IMG/VR virus record: IMGVR_UViG_3300000478_000013
Coordinates: 29,514 to 93,513 of that record
DNA: 64,000 nucleotides
Source: a virus
Taxonomy: Duplodnaviria > Caudoviricetes
Strand: one strand, 5' to 3'
In this document: positions 28,563 to 38,486 of the stretch, one piece after another
Position numbering within the stretch: the first letter of the stretch is position 1
Layout of the letters: the number at the start of each line of letters is the position of its first letter
Position numbers and translations under genes: made by a program
Notes under the pieces: model-generated
The model's input: the letters and a program-made list of their open reading frames with translations, nothing else
Databases searched by the model: none
What the model was told of the DNA's origin: nothing

Positions 28563-29224
28563 TTGTTGAGTACCGAGTCTATGGCCCTGTCTAAACCTTC
28601 TACCCATCTGCGGCACATTCCTGCATTGGGAGAGTAGAAGGATACTCGATCAAAGGTGTACGCACGTACACCATCTATCAGAAATTCTTCCATTAGAATT
28701 CTGTGGTCTGCCGTTACTATTGGCTCCCTTACTACACCGTGATTTTCTAGCTTGGCCCAGGTCAAAGGCTTAGGTAGACTGTAATTTTGCCCAGTCTTTC
28801 TTAGAAGACTCTTTTCTCTTGGTGAAATTTCAAATCTGTAGCATTGTTTGCTTCCAAGGTACTCTACCAGCCTAACTATAGCATCCCGGTCCAAACCGTA
28901 ATCAGGTTTGGTTTTGAGCAGGGTACAGAGACCACCAGAACATATCAGGTGCTTCTTCTGCGTTGCCCTTCCTCCACTGGAGGGGGACACAACGCTCGGA
29001 ACAGGAGCGGCCTTTTCTTTAAAGTCGTAGCCCTCAGACGAAAGAGCCTTCTGTATACGCATGAGAAGACGTAAGGCCCTGTCATTCTTTGTATAGGAAG
29101 AAGATTCCACAAAGTAAACTAGGAGGTCATCAAACGCGTTCTCTACCTCCTTGTTATACTTTTTCTTCTTCTTGCTCTTCTTGCCAGAAGCAAGAACTAG
29201 CAGTCTGCTAACGATATCACTCAT
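28559..29224 (-). CDS. Probable internal head protein
   Basis: MSDIVSRLLVLAS leader; context. Confidence 0.55.
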   Translation of the reverse strand: MSDIVSRLLVLASGKKSKKKKKYNKEVENAFDDLLVYFVESSSYTKNDRALRLLMRIQKALSSEGYDFKEKAAPVPSVVSPSSGGRATQKKHLICSGGLCTLLKTKPDYGLDRDAIVRLVEYLGSKQCYRFEISPREKSLLRKTGQNYSLPKPLTWAKLENHGVVREPIVTADHRILMEEFLIDGVRAYTFDRVSFYSPNAGMCRRWVEGLDRAIDSVLNK

Positions 29225-29570
29225 CGGAATCTCCTACAGAAGCCAATAGCGCTCTAAACCTCATGAGATGAGTGGACGCTACTCGTGCAGACGCTTCTCT
29301 TATCGGTCTGTTTTTTCTGGTCAGCATTTCGTTAATAGCTGGACTGGCCTCCAGAGCGGCTACCACTTCTTCGTAGGCCCTGTAGATTAGACCCGTATCC
29401 TGGCTCTGACCGGTCACAGCAGCCAGGAACTCTGCTCCTGCAATAGCAGCGGAGGCTACCAGTGATCTCGGGTGTGTACCGTCAGCCTGTTGCAGTATGG
29501 ACGCTATGTGTTCCAGTCTATCCAGGTTGTCAGACACCTTTAGGAACCTTTTTTGGAGGTCTGGTCTCAT
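29217..29570 (-). CDS. Small helical hypothetical protein
   Basis: Coupled ORF. Confidence 0.55.
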   Translation of the reverse strand: MRPDLQKRFLKVSDNLDRLEHIASILQQADGTHPRSLVASAAIAGAEFLAAVTGQSQDTGLIYRAYEEVVAALEASPAINEMLTRKNRPIREASARVASTHLMRFRALLASVGDSDE

Positions 29571-29833
29571 TGTGCGTCCTCATTCATTTTCGCTACTATT
29601 CTCTCAAATCGCTGTAGAAGCACTTCCATACGAGAGGCTGTTTTCTTATTGGCTACTATGGCAGCGGACAGGGCGCTAATGTCCCTTGATTTCAGGGCGG
29701 AATCCATCTCTTGGGCGTGTGCGTTAACCCTGTTGGATATCTCTCCCATCTCCTCTATAAAGGAGGAAAGGTAATGCATGGTTTTCATGTTGTTGGCCAG
29801 TCTGAGTAGACGAATTTTGTGTCTTGCCTTCAT
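29567..29833 (-). CDS. Small helical hypothetical protein
   Basis: Start placed at MKARHK; coupled to downstream gene. Confidence 0.5.
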   Translation of the reverse strand: MKARHKIRLLRLANNMKTMHYLSSFIEEMGEISNRVNAHAQEMDSALKSRDISALSAAIVANKKTASRMEVLLQRFERIVAKMNEDAQ

Positions 29834-29917
29834 GATACAAGGATAAATACGAAAAAGCACCCAAGTGTTTTAGTGAACGAGCTAGTAGTACCTCTTTAGA
29901 TTACTATTTTACTGTAT

Positions 29918-30070
29918 ATGTCTAGGATATACCACTTGTCCCTGTACTCCGTAATTTGCGTATCTGCAATAACTACAGCGTGGGGAGTGGTGGCCAATGA
30001 TGTTAAGAGCTTTTTGATTGGGCCTGTCGTAGCACTCTCGGTTTGGATGGTTATGGACGAGGAAGAGTAA
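29918..30070 (+). CDS. Small two-TM membrane protein (50 aa, not in ORF track)
   Basis: MSRIYHLSLYSVICVSAITTAWGVVANDVKSFLIGPVVALSVWMVMDEEE* fills the gap. Confidence 0.4.
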   Translation: MSRIYHLSLYSVICVSAITTAWGVVANDVKSFLIGPVVALSVWMVMDEEE

Positions 30071-31703
30071 GTGTCCACTTAGCCTGCCCGCAGTCCCATA
30101 CTCTAACCATTCCTTTCTGTAGCCCTGTGCTTCCTGGGAATTTCATTCGATGGTAGGAGTTTCCCTTCATATCTGTCCATACGAAAGATACGTGCTGACT
30201 TGTCAATTCCCACCCAAGAGACTTTAGATACGACCCGTCACCATACCTAAGGTCTATAAAAGTCTGTACTGATTTAGGGTCTAGTGCACTAATCGCATGA
30301 GACAGCAACTTTGAGAACCCACCAACAACTGTCACGCCAGGCCGTGAGCAAAACCTAGACACATCCAACACGCCTTCCTTTTTCGATTTGAATCGAACTT
30401 GCATGGCCGCTAGCGTGTTACCTTCTCTATCTACAAGGGAATATATGGTGCCACTGCCCTTGCCCATAAGGTGAAAATCTGAAAAGAAACTAGTACTTCC
30501 AGGTACAACATTTGTACTCCTGGCATACACCTTCTTGTTACCTCCAAGAAAGTTCAGCACAATAGACTTGCATATGTTTGGCTTTGTTAGTATTTCGTCT
30601 TCTCTAAAGAAGAAGGGACGGAACCCTTTACCTATGTAGGCCTCTCTTTTCTTCTTATGGTACTTCTTATCTGACTTCTGGGCCTCTGAGTGCCAAAACA
30701 AACCGTCGCATTCTATGATTAGCTTCGCTCTTGGAAGAACTAGATCTGGAAAGTAAGAGGTGCCATCCAGCTTTTTGTTGCGTATCAATTCTTCCCCTAC
30801 GTCAAACCAAGATGCCGCTATGTTTTCTAGGGTGGACTCTGTCTTGGAGAATTTATCAAGGATAGTTCTGGCTTCTGCTCCAAATTTGTTGACGGCAACG
30901 TTGACCGTGGCGTAGGACGACCCTATCTTTTCCGCATACTGTCGCTGTGTCATCCCATCGATAAGCGTAGACGTTCCCCTTTGGTCTCTTCTCCTCATCG
31001 TTTCTTCATAAGAAGGAAAAAACGTGTACTCGGGGTCTTCTTTTAGGCACTTGAACACCCAAGAAGACGTGTGTTCTATTTCCTTTCCGGTTCTCTTGTC
31101 TTTGACGCGTAGAACCTTGTCCGAAGACTTCTGAGAATCCTGCAGAGACACCAACTCAAAGTTGTCGGACACAGCCTGGAGTCTTATGCGAAAGTACTCC
31201 TCACTGTAGGCTGCTGGAAGTCCTAATCGAAGAGTAAGTCTGCTTCGACTCTGTCCCATGTCTTTCGCGACCTTGGACATGGATTCTCCCTTTGCCCACC
31301 TTAGTATGGCTGCTTTTTCTTCTGCTGACTTATCAAGTAGAAGTGAGTCTAGTGAAGCACTGTGACTTTTCTTATCGCGGGAAAACAGAAACACTTCTGG
31401 GTCTGCCCGTAGTTTAGAAGTAAGCTCTTCACTAGTGATATCTCCTGACGCTCCGTCCCTAGTATCCTCCACAGTTAGATAAACGTAACTGGTTCCTGTA
31501 CCAGACTTTTTACGTTCTACCTTTAGACACTTCAGGTGGGGAGCAAGCAAGGATAGCCTAAAAGAGTATGACTCCTCAGACCCCTTGGGTGGAATTCCCA
31601 AGGCTGGTCTGACCATTGACGTCTTAACCCCCAGGTCCTTCGCAAGAGAAGACAGCTTTTCTCCCTTCGCCCAGCGAACCAACAGACTCTGTTTTTGCTC
31701 CAT
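30051..31703 (-). mobile_element. Free-standing homing-type endonuclease (Vsr/PD-(D/E)xK-like + conserved C-terminal domain), copy 1
   Basis: YFPDL...IIECDGLFWHS; FFFREDEI; HLMGKG; SRFCS...VVGGFSKL; FIDLRYG; VWDCGQAKW; HTH repeats at N-terminus. Confidence 0.8.
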
Positions 31704-31743
31704 GGATGGATGATAACACCCCTCCGTAGCGATAGCCACTTAA

Positions 31744-31776
31744 AAAGAAAAGCCCCGTATTACGGGGCTTTTCTTT
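31744..31776 (-). terminator. Intrinsic terminator after major capsid gene
   Basis: AAAGAAAAGCCCCGTA-T-TACGGGGCTTTTCTTT. Confidence 0.85.
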
Positions 31777-31791
31777 CACTAGGAATTAGAC

Positions 31792-32919
31792 TCAGACTCT
31801 GACGCCACGGTCGACGGCGCGGCCGTTTACGATCACCTGGCCCTGGATCTGCTCCATGAACCAACCGCGAGACGGACGTCCCTGGTTGTAGGTGTCGATT
31901 GCGCGGGAGTCCAGCTCCTTACGCTGAGTGATGGTGCCGAGGGTCACCGGAGAAGCCGTGACGTAAACCTCACCAGGCTGAAGAACCTGCAAGGTGTCGT
32001 AGCGGTATCCGTCGGTGATGATCTCCATGCCGAGCATGGAGCCAAGACGACCTTCGAGGATAAGCTCGTGCTTGTGGACCTGGTCCCACCAAGCAACGAA
32101 GTCTGCATCTGCGATGATGTCATCCCAGATATCCCATGCGATGACCATGGTCGCCGCTGGGGTACCCCAACGGTTGACCTGGGTACGCAGGGTGGTAAGA
32201 ACGGAGGGGTTGAACGTGGTGAAGAGAACCAGATCGTTGAAGGTCGTGGCAGCGCGGTTAAGCAGCGCACGGGTGATCAAGTCCTCACGACGAAGAATCG
32301 CCTCAAGACCGTCCTGGAACTTCTCGTCGAGAAGGTCAGTCGAAGCCTGCTCAATTTCCTTGTCCTCGATGAGGATGTTGGCGATGAGGTAGAACTCCGG
32401 TGGGTAGACGTAGGGCTGACGAATGCGCTGCTCTTGCACCTTCACGTCAGTGGTGACCTGGTAGGCCACAACGTCCTTACGACGAACCTTGACGCGACCG
32501 GTCTGACCCTTGGAAAGGGGCATCACGGAAAGGAGGCGACGGCTAAAGCCTTCGCGACCAAGGGTCTCCCAGATCTCTTCCGAGATAACCTCACCAAGAA
32601 CCTGGAACTTGGTTCCAGACTTGTCGAAGTAAGCCTCACGAAGGTGGGCGAGACGAGCATTGGCGTTCTCTGTAGAGGCCTGCTTTGTGATAACGTCCTC
32701 ACGAGACTGCGAGAGAACGTTGCTGATGACCTGCATCAGCTCGTGCTTAGAGCTAGCGTTAAGCTCGCCATTTGCACCAAAGGCAGGACCGGAAGACAGG
32801 CGGCTACGGCCTCCTGCAAGACGAACACCACCACGGACACCGTCCTGAGAAGCGGCGGGAACGTCAGGAGCAGAGCGCATCACCTTGACGCCGGGACCAG
32901 AAGCATACGGATTTGACAT
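31792..32919 (-). CDS. Major capsid protein (HK97-fold)
   Basis: 375 aa; strongly biased codons; follows protease/scaffold/decoration; followed by terminator; GRLGSMLGMEIITD. Confidence 0.85.
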   Translation of the reverse strand: MSNPYASGPGVKVMRSAPDVPAASQDGVRGGVRLAGGRSRLSSGPAFGANGELNASSKHELMQVISNVLSQSREDVITKQASTENANARLAHLREAYFDKSGTKFQVLGEVISEEIWETLGREGFSRRLLSVMPLSKGQTGRVKVRRKDVVAYQVTTDVKVQEQRIRQPYVYPPEFYLIANILIEDKEIEQASTDLLDEKFQDGLEAILRREDLITRALLNRAATTFNDLVLFTTFNPSVLTTLRTQVNRWGTPAATMVIAWDIWDDIIADADFVAWWDQVHKHELILEGRLGSMLGMEIITDGYRYDTLQVLQPGEVYVTASPVTLGTITQRKELDSRAIDTYNQGRPSRGWFMEQIQGQVIVNGRAVDRGVRV

Positions 32920-33113
32920 TGTTTGTTTTCTCTATTGGTTGTTGGATTGTGAACAATGAGACTATTTTTTGGATAGGAGTGGTCCATATTCTCCTAAAGT
33001 TTTTCTAATACTGGCTTCTTGGCGTCCCGGAGATGATTTGCCGGGAGTTTGAGACTACGATATGAACATAATAGTCCATAACAAAATTGTCTTTCTCCTG
33101 ATCGAAGAAAATT

Positions 33114-33416
33114 TCACCTGAATCTTTTAATTTGTGCTTTTTGTAGCGATGCAGCTACCACAGAAGCAAATGACGACCCAACCACGTGCAATGCAGCATT
33201 AGCAACTGGCCTAAGTGCAGGAGCCAATCTCACCCCTAATTCTTGCGCTCCCTCAGGGAGAGTAAGGTCGCCTGTGATTTCTAAATCGGTTGTTGCAGGA
33301 GATGACACCACAACTGATTCCGCAAGATATTGCTCTGCTACGCTTCTGTACTCCCTTTGGTTGAACCCGTTTTTGGGAGGAGTATGCTGCTTGCTACTTG
33401 GTATCTGTACGGTCAT
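33114..33416 (-). CDS. Hypothetical protein
   Basis: 100-aa ORF upstream of capsid gene. Confidence 0.4.
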   Translation of the reverse strand: MTVQIPSSKQHTPPKNGFNQREYRSVAEQYLAESVVVSSPATTDLEITGDLTLPEGAQELGVRLAPALRPVANAALHVVGSSFASVVAASLQKAQIKRFR

Positions 33417-33465
33417 ACCCTGTATATACTATGAGGACAGGAAATGTTAGACAAAAGGATTTGTT

Positions 33466-34845
33466 ATGCTGTCCAAGGTTGAAGAGTATAACTTGAAGAT
33501 GAAACGCATGAGCCTGTCAGACAGGTACAGAGTCTTAGAGGAAGTCACTAGTGACCCTCTTACTTTCGTATTCCTTGATGTAGAGAGTGAAGAAACTTTC
33601 GAAAAGAAATGGAAGACTTTCCTAAGGTCTGCTAGAAAAGAGGACCATTCTTTTAGGACAAGCAACAAGAAGAAAGTTTGGCAGGATAAGCTTCATGAGG
33701 TAGCTCCTGGAAGGTTTGTAGTTCGTGACACAGACCAACAGACCCCAACAAGAATAAGGGTTAAGGTGGAGGACCTCCTGGACCAAAACAAAGAATTTTG
33801 GTATGATGGGTACCTCTTGCTCAAGAAGCTGAGGGACGAACCTGACGTATCTTTTTTCCTGTCTTCGAATGAACGATCGGAAAAGATAACTCTATCGAAG
33901 ATAGAACTTGGGATCACCAGGTTGCTAGACGGGAAAACAGCAAGACAAGTATCCAAAGAAACAGGATACTCTTACACCCATGTGATTAAGCTTCTAAACA
34001 GGTCGGAGCTTTCAGACGACCAAGTCAAATCCCTACTCTACTCAGGTGAAAAGGGCTCTTCTCTGGATAAGGCTGTGTCAGATATTCTGCGCAGGATCAC
34101 AGATGAGATTCCTGTGGTGGACAAGAAGCTGGAGGGGTCGAAGTATCGTCCTGACTTCCTTCTCCCCTACTCCAAGGTCATTATTGAGGCCGATGGACTC
34201 TACTACCATAGAGAGGAGTTGGTGGGAAAGAACTACCACAGGGATAAGAGAACAGAATACGAAACTCTAGGGTATAGAAGCCTCTTTCTACGGGAAGATG
34301 AGATACTTACTCGGCCCTCTGCAGTTGAATCTGTCATAAGAAATGCTCTAGGTCTCTCAACAAGATTCTACGCCAGGAATACTAGGGTAGAGGAGATAGA
34401 CGCATCGTTCTTCTCTTCCAACCACCTCATGGGTAAGGGACGAGGAAGATGCATCGGCCTATTACACAACGGCACAGTAGTAGCTGGTATGCAACTCAAA
34501 TCCGTTAGTAAGCAGAATAACCTTCATGAAATATCTAGGTTCTGTTCCGCACCAGGTGTATCGGTAGTCGGTGGTTTCTCTAAGCTAGTTTCCCACTACC
34601 TAAGAGAAAATCCCTTGGTTAAGACCCTACGGACCTTTGTGGACTTGAGGTATGGTACAGGAACCTACCTGTCAAAACTTGGATGGTCTCTGAAGTCTTG
34701 CAACCTGAGCTTCTGCTGGGCTAAGGGTTCTGTTACTTTCCACAGAATGAAATTCCCAGGATATTCTGGTTTTGACGAAGGATATTGGAGAGTGTGGGAC
34801 TGTGGACAAGCTAAATGGGAGCTTAAAACGAAAAGAGCCACCTAA
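33466..34845 (+). mobile_element. Free-standing homing-type endonuclease, copy 2 (inverted relative to head operon)
   Basis: YRPDF...IIEADGLYYH; LFLREDEI; SRFCS...VVGGFSKL; VWDCGQAKW; likely start ATG 33499. Confidence 0.8.
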
Positions 34846-34860
34846 TAGGCGGCTCTTTTC
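34830..34860. terminator. Bidirectional terminator between convergent genes
   Basis: GAAAAGAGCC-ACCTAATAGGC-GGCTCTTTTC. Confidence 0.75.
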
Positions 34861-34877
34861 AAGCAAGCTAACTAAGG

Positions 34878-35585
34878 TCAGCTAAGGCCAGAGAACTTCA
34901 CGCCAAGACGGCCGTCAGCCACACCTGGAACCTGGGAGACGATACCTACGGCAACGCCACCAGCGGCTGTGGTTACACGACCGGCTGCACCGGAAAGTAC
35001 GACGTCACCAACAGCGTAAGCCTGGGTGGTATCATACATGGTGGTGAAGATTTCGCCTTCCATGCAACCGACACCAACAGAGCTGAAGTAGTCCTGGGCG
35101 CGGTTGTTGATGGAGCGCTCGTGCCAGGTGGCAAGAGCCTCTTCAAGGGTGGGGGTGTAGCGATAGGTCACGGTCACGGTCTGACCGGCTTCCGCCACGT
35201 TGAAGGTGATGGTTCCCTGAGCGTTATTCATCTGGAACTCACCAGCGGCCGGAGCACCAGCGTTCTCTGCAAGTACACCAGTACCAGAAGCGACAGCACG
35301 AGTGTTGAGCGCAACAAGGTTGGTGTTCCTAAGAGAAACGGTGCCACCGCCAGCAGGAACAGTAAGCTCCTCGACAACGGTCTGGGTGACATACTTGAGA
35401 GCGTCGGTGATAGCGAAACCTGCGACGCGATCAGTACCAGCACCTGCGCTGGGCTGAACGGCCAGGGTTCCGTCTCCGGCGTCAACGTACATCAGAAGCT
35501 GACCTTCTTCAGTGATGTTGGCACCGGCAGCGACAGCACGCTCACGGATGTCGTTAAAGTACGAACGGGTTAGATCAAAAGCCAT
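34878..35585 (-). CDS. Capsid decoration/cement protein
   Basis: Ala/Gly/Thr-rich beta protein, biased codons, between scaffold and capsid genes. Confidence 0.7.
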   Translation of the reverse strand: MAFDLTRSYFNDIRERAVAAGANITEEGQLLMYVDAGDGTLAVQPSAGAGTDRVAGFAITDALKYVTQTVVEELTVPAGGGTVSLRNTNLVALNTRAVASGTGVLAENAGAPAAGEFQMNNAQGTITFNVAEAGQTVTVTYRYTPTLEEALATWHERSINNRAQDYFSSVGVGCMEGEIFTTMYDTTQAYAVGDVVLSGAAGRVTTAAGGVAVGIVSQVPGVADGRLGVKFSGLS

Positions 35586-35607
35586 GGTATATTACTCCCT
35601 CAGAGAA

Positions 35608-36567
35608 TCAACGGTTGTGTAGCCGCCTACGGAAGCCCAACGCCTCACGGAGAGAAGACTTGTCGTCGTCCTGTTCACTTCCGTAAGAAGCGGTACGGGT
35701 CTCCAGAGGAATGTTGTGCATTGCAGATCTGGCGGAGGGGATGTCGTCAGCTTCCGCCACCACTGGCGTACGATGACTGAGTCCCTTGATCTGCTCTTCA
35801 AGCTCCGCAAGAGCCTCCGGCTGGAGGTCCATCCACTTGAAGGCCTGCTTGAAGCAGTTCTCAAAGTGTTCTGGCGCGCTTGACTGATAAGCTGCTTCAA
35901 TAATTGCGACAGCCTGACGATCGCTGATGCCGGACTCGGTCATCCTGTTGAACAACTCACCCTTGAGCGGGTTGTCCGTAAGGAAGTTCTTTGTCTGTGC
36001 AACAACAACCAGGTTAAGCATGTTGAGTGCGTCGTCACGGAGAGCAGCCTTGGCCTTACGCATTTCCGTTTCCGCCTTCTTGTTCGCAGACGCTTCCACC
36101 TTCTTAAAGGCTTCGGCGCTGTCTACTGAAGCGACGTAAGGACGGGCGCGAACGCCGTCCAGGACCTGCACGAGGTCAAATTGCTTAGCTGCCTCACGGA
36201 CACCTTCGGCATACTTTTCTGTGACGAAAATCTTTGCGATCCTCTCTGGCTCTTCCTGGTCAGCGAGACGAATCTCGGCGACAGGACGACCGGAAGCAAG
36301 AACCACCCAGTGGGGGTTCTCGGTCTTGTCCCCATAAAGGAGAAGATCGAGACTTGCGGTCTTAGAGATAAGAGAAGGGTCCACAACAGGCGCACTGAGC
36401 TTTTCCGGAGCAGCTACTGCAGGGGCAGCAGCCACGGGAGCGGCAGTACGGGTTTCGTCGCTAACATTGGACTGAGACTTTGGGCTCGACTTGGCGGTTG
36501 ATTCCTGACGGGCAGCCAGGCGCTTCTGACGAGCGGCTCTTAAGGCTTCTGCATTGTGCTTTGCCAT
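35608..36567 (-). CDS. Probable scaffold/prohead core protein
   Basis: Start moved to MAKHNAEAL; helical; biased codons; position. Confidence 0.6.
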   Translation of the reverse strand: MAKHNAEALRAARQKRLAARQESTAKSSPKSQSNVSDETRTAAPVAAAPAVAAPEKLSAPVVDPSLISKTASLDLLLYGDKTENPHWVVLASGRPVAEIRLADQEEPERIAKIFVTEKYAEGVREAAKQFDLVQVLDGVRARPYVASVDSAEAFKKVEASANKKAETEMRKAKAALRDDALNMLNLVVVAQTKNFLTDNPLKGELFNRMTESGISDRQAVAIIEAAYQSSAPEHFENCFKQAFKWMDLQPEALAELEEQIKGLSHRTPVVAEADDIPSARSAMHNIPLETRTASYGSEQDDDKSSLREALGFRRRLHNR

Positions 36568-36640
36568 TTTGTTTAGTACCTTTCGGTTGGGCCTAAGAGC
36601 TTGTGTTGAGGGAGACAAGGCACCATTACCCTGAATCCAG

Positions 36641-38440
36641 TCACAAGGACTTTCTACGTAGATATGCAAGTAGAAGGACTCTTTTAGACACTTTGTTCAA
36701 TCTTTTTTTAAGATTCTCGCTAGAGGCAGCTTTTTCTCCGCCTTTTCCTTCGCCTAAGTAAGACTTAAGCGAAGAGAATTCTTCCTTTAGTTTAGGTATG
36801 TTTTGCTCCATTAGGGATCCTGCCACACCATCCAAGCCAAACAGAAGTTCTTGATACACATCTGCTTTTATTTTCGCCAAGGTAAGTGTCCTTACCATTT
36901 GCTTCATGGACGGAGCTGCGTTTAGCTTCGCTGTGGCTTCTTCCTTTGAAAGACCTCTTGCCATCAACTGGTCTCTTCCTTCTGTGAACCGAGAGCTAAA
37001 GGTAGATGTTAGTCCCTTTATGATCCTATTGTGCTTGTCCAGAAGGGCCTGAAGGTCTCTAGCATAGTTGGAGCTGAACGCTTCTACGGAATCAGAAATG
37101 GTATCTATGGCAACTTCGACGTTGCCTAGCATTTTCTTGTAGTTTTCCTTGTTGAGGGAAAGCACCGTCTTCTCCGCTCCCCTAACCATAGCTTCTGCCT
37201 GATCCAATGGTTGGGTGACTGCTTCTATTATTCCTTCTATTTCCTTAGAAGCTTGTTGCTCCGCTTGAGTTCCACTGCGGGCCTTGTCCAAGAGCTTTTG
37301 CGCTATGTTTCTTACGAGCTTTATTCTCTGAGACAAAAGAACCAATTGCTTGGCTACCTTTTTGTTTGGAGACGAACTGGTTAGAACCAATTCTTCTTGT
37401 AGGTTGGCTACCTTCTTGCCGTAAGAGGACATTAGTTTTTCTAGTGCGGACTCCATCGACTTTAGCATCGGTCTAGAGTTGTCGTACACTGAAGCCATCT
37501 CATTCAAGACGAGATCGTATGCCTGCACTCTTGAATTTGCCCGCATAAGGGCTGCATTCATCTTCTGTATGGAAGGTATGGAGCCAGCCTGCTCTGCCGC
37601 CTGTTCTGGGGTCATGCCCTTGGCCCGAAGCTCCTTCAATGCAACTTTGAACCTTTCGCTAAGAACCTTTTTGAGGCCTTCGGCTGCTGTCATGGACTTC
37701 TGCCTATCCTCATGGAATACGGAGCCAAGGTCGCTACCCCATTCTCTGAAGAGGGATATGGCTTTCCTGACAGCTTTTTCTGCTAGTGGCAGCTTAGAAC
37801 CTGCAGTCTGAGGGGTAATTTCCCCCAAGGAGAACTCAATTCTCTTAAGCAGAAGGTCTAGAGAGTCGAGAGGTTCTAGCGCCTGCTGCACTAAGGGAGT
37901 AAGACTTTGAGAAAGGTCAGGGTCCTTAGAGAACTCTTGCAAGTGGTTCTGTGTCAACCTTCTCAGATTTTTCGTCTTCAGAGAGATGTTCTTTGCGTAA
38001 CGTCGTACCTCTGACAGGTGGTCTCCTTCTTCTACTACTTCCCCCTCGGCAAAGTCTGAGAGGCCAAGCTCTTTATGTCTCTCCTTCCCTGCTGTAGCGT
38101 TCTCATACGCCTTCTGAAAGTACTCCTCCATCAAAGGCTTCTTGTCTTCAGGTATGCTATCCCATTGTTCTTTTGATATGAAATGGGACCAGATGGGTTC
38201 CTCTTCTGGCGTAGCCTCAGAGGCGTCTGCGGGACCCTCTTTGAGCTTTTCGTCAAGTGCGTCTGCCTTTTCCAGCAGGCCTAACTCTCTCTTAGAAAGA
38301 TTTTCCCCTCTCTCCTTCTTTAGGCGTATCCTCCTAATGACAGTGGGGTCGAGTGTAGGGGAGTCAGCCCACACCAATAGACGAGCAACCTTGTCTGCAT
38401 AGACACCAAGGTTATTTGCTACTATTAATCTTCTTCTCAT
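36641..38440 (-). CDS. Helical head-associated protein with internal duplication
   Basis: SERFKVALKELRAKGMTPEQA / SSRFTEGRDQLMARGLSKEEA. Confidence 0.6.
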   Translation of the reverse strand: MRRRLIVANNLGVYADKVARLLVWADSPTLDPTVIRRIRLKKERGENLSKRELGLLEKADALDEKLKEGPADASEATPEEEPIWSHFISKEQWDSIPEDKKPLMEEYFQKAYENATAGKERHKELGLSDFAEGEVVEEGDHLSEVRRYAKNISLKTKNLRRLTQNHLQEFSKDPDLSQSLTPLVQQALEPLDSLDLLLKRIEFSLGEITPQTAGSKLPLAEKAVRKAISLFREWGSDLGSVFHEDRQKSMTAAEGLKKVLSERFKVALKELRAKGMTPEQAAEQAGSIPSIQKMNAALMRANSRVQAYDLVLNEMASVYDNSRPMLKSMESALEKLMSSYGKKVANLQEELVLTSSSPNKKVAKQLVLLSQRIKLVRNIAQKLLDKARSGTQAEQQASKEIEGIIEAVTQPLDQAEAMVRGAEKTVLSLNKENYKKMLGNVEVAIDTISDSVEAFSSNYARDLQALLDKHNRIIKGLTSTFSSRFTEGRDQLMARGLSKEEATAKLNAAPSMKQMVRTLTLAKIKADVYQELLFGLDGVAGSLMEQNIPKLKEEFSSLKSYLGEGKGGEKAASSENLKKRLNKVSKRVLLLAYLRRKSL

Positions 38441-38486
38441 AGTGTAATTGGCCTTACGTGGGCACTACATAACTAACCAACATACA

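Noticed and set aside
32068-32916. 282-aa ORF antisense to the capsid gene (and similar shadow ORFs over 9.8-17.6 kb, 35.1 kb and 45-46 kb)
   Set aside because: Explained by codon bias of the real gene on the opposite strand; no recognisable motifs
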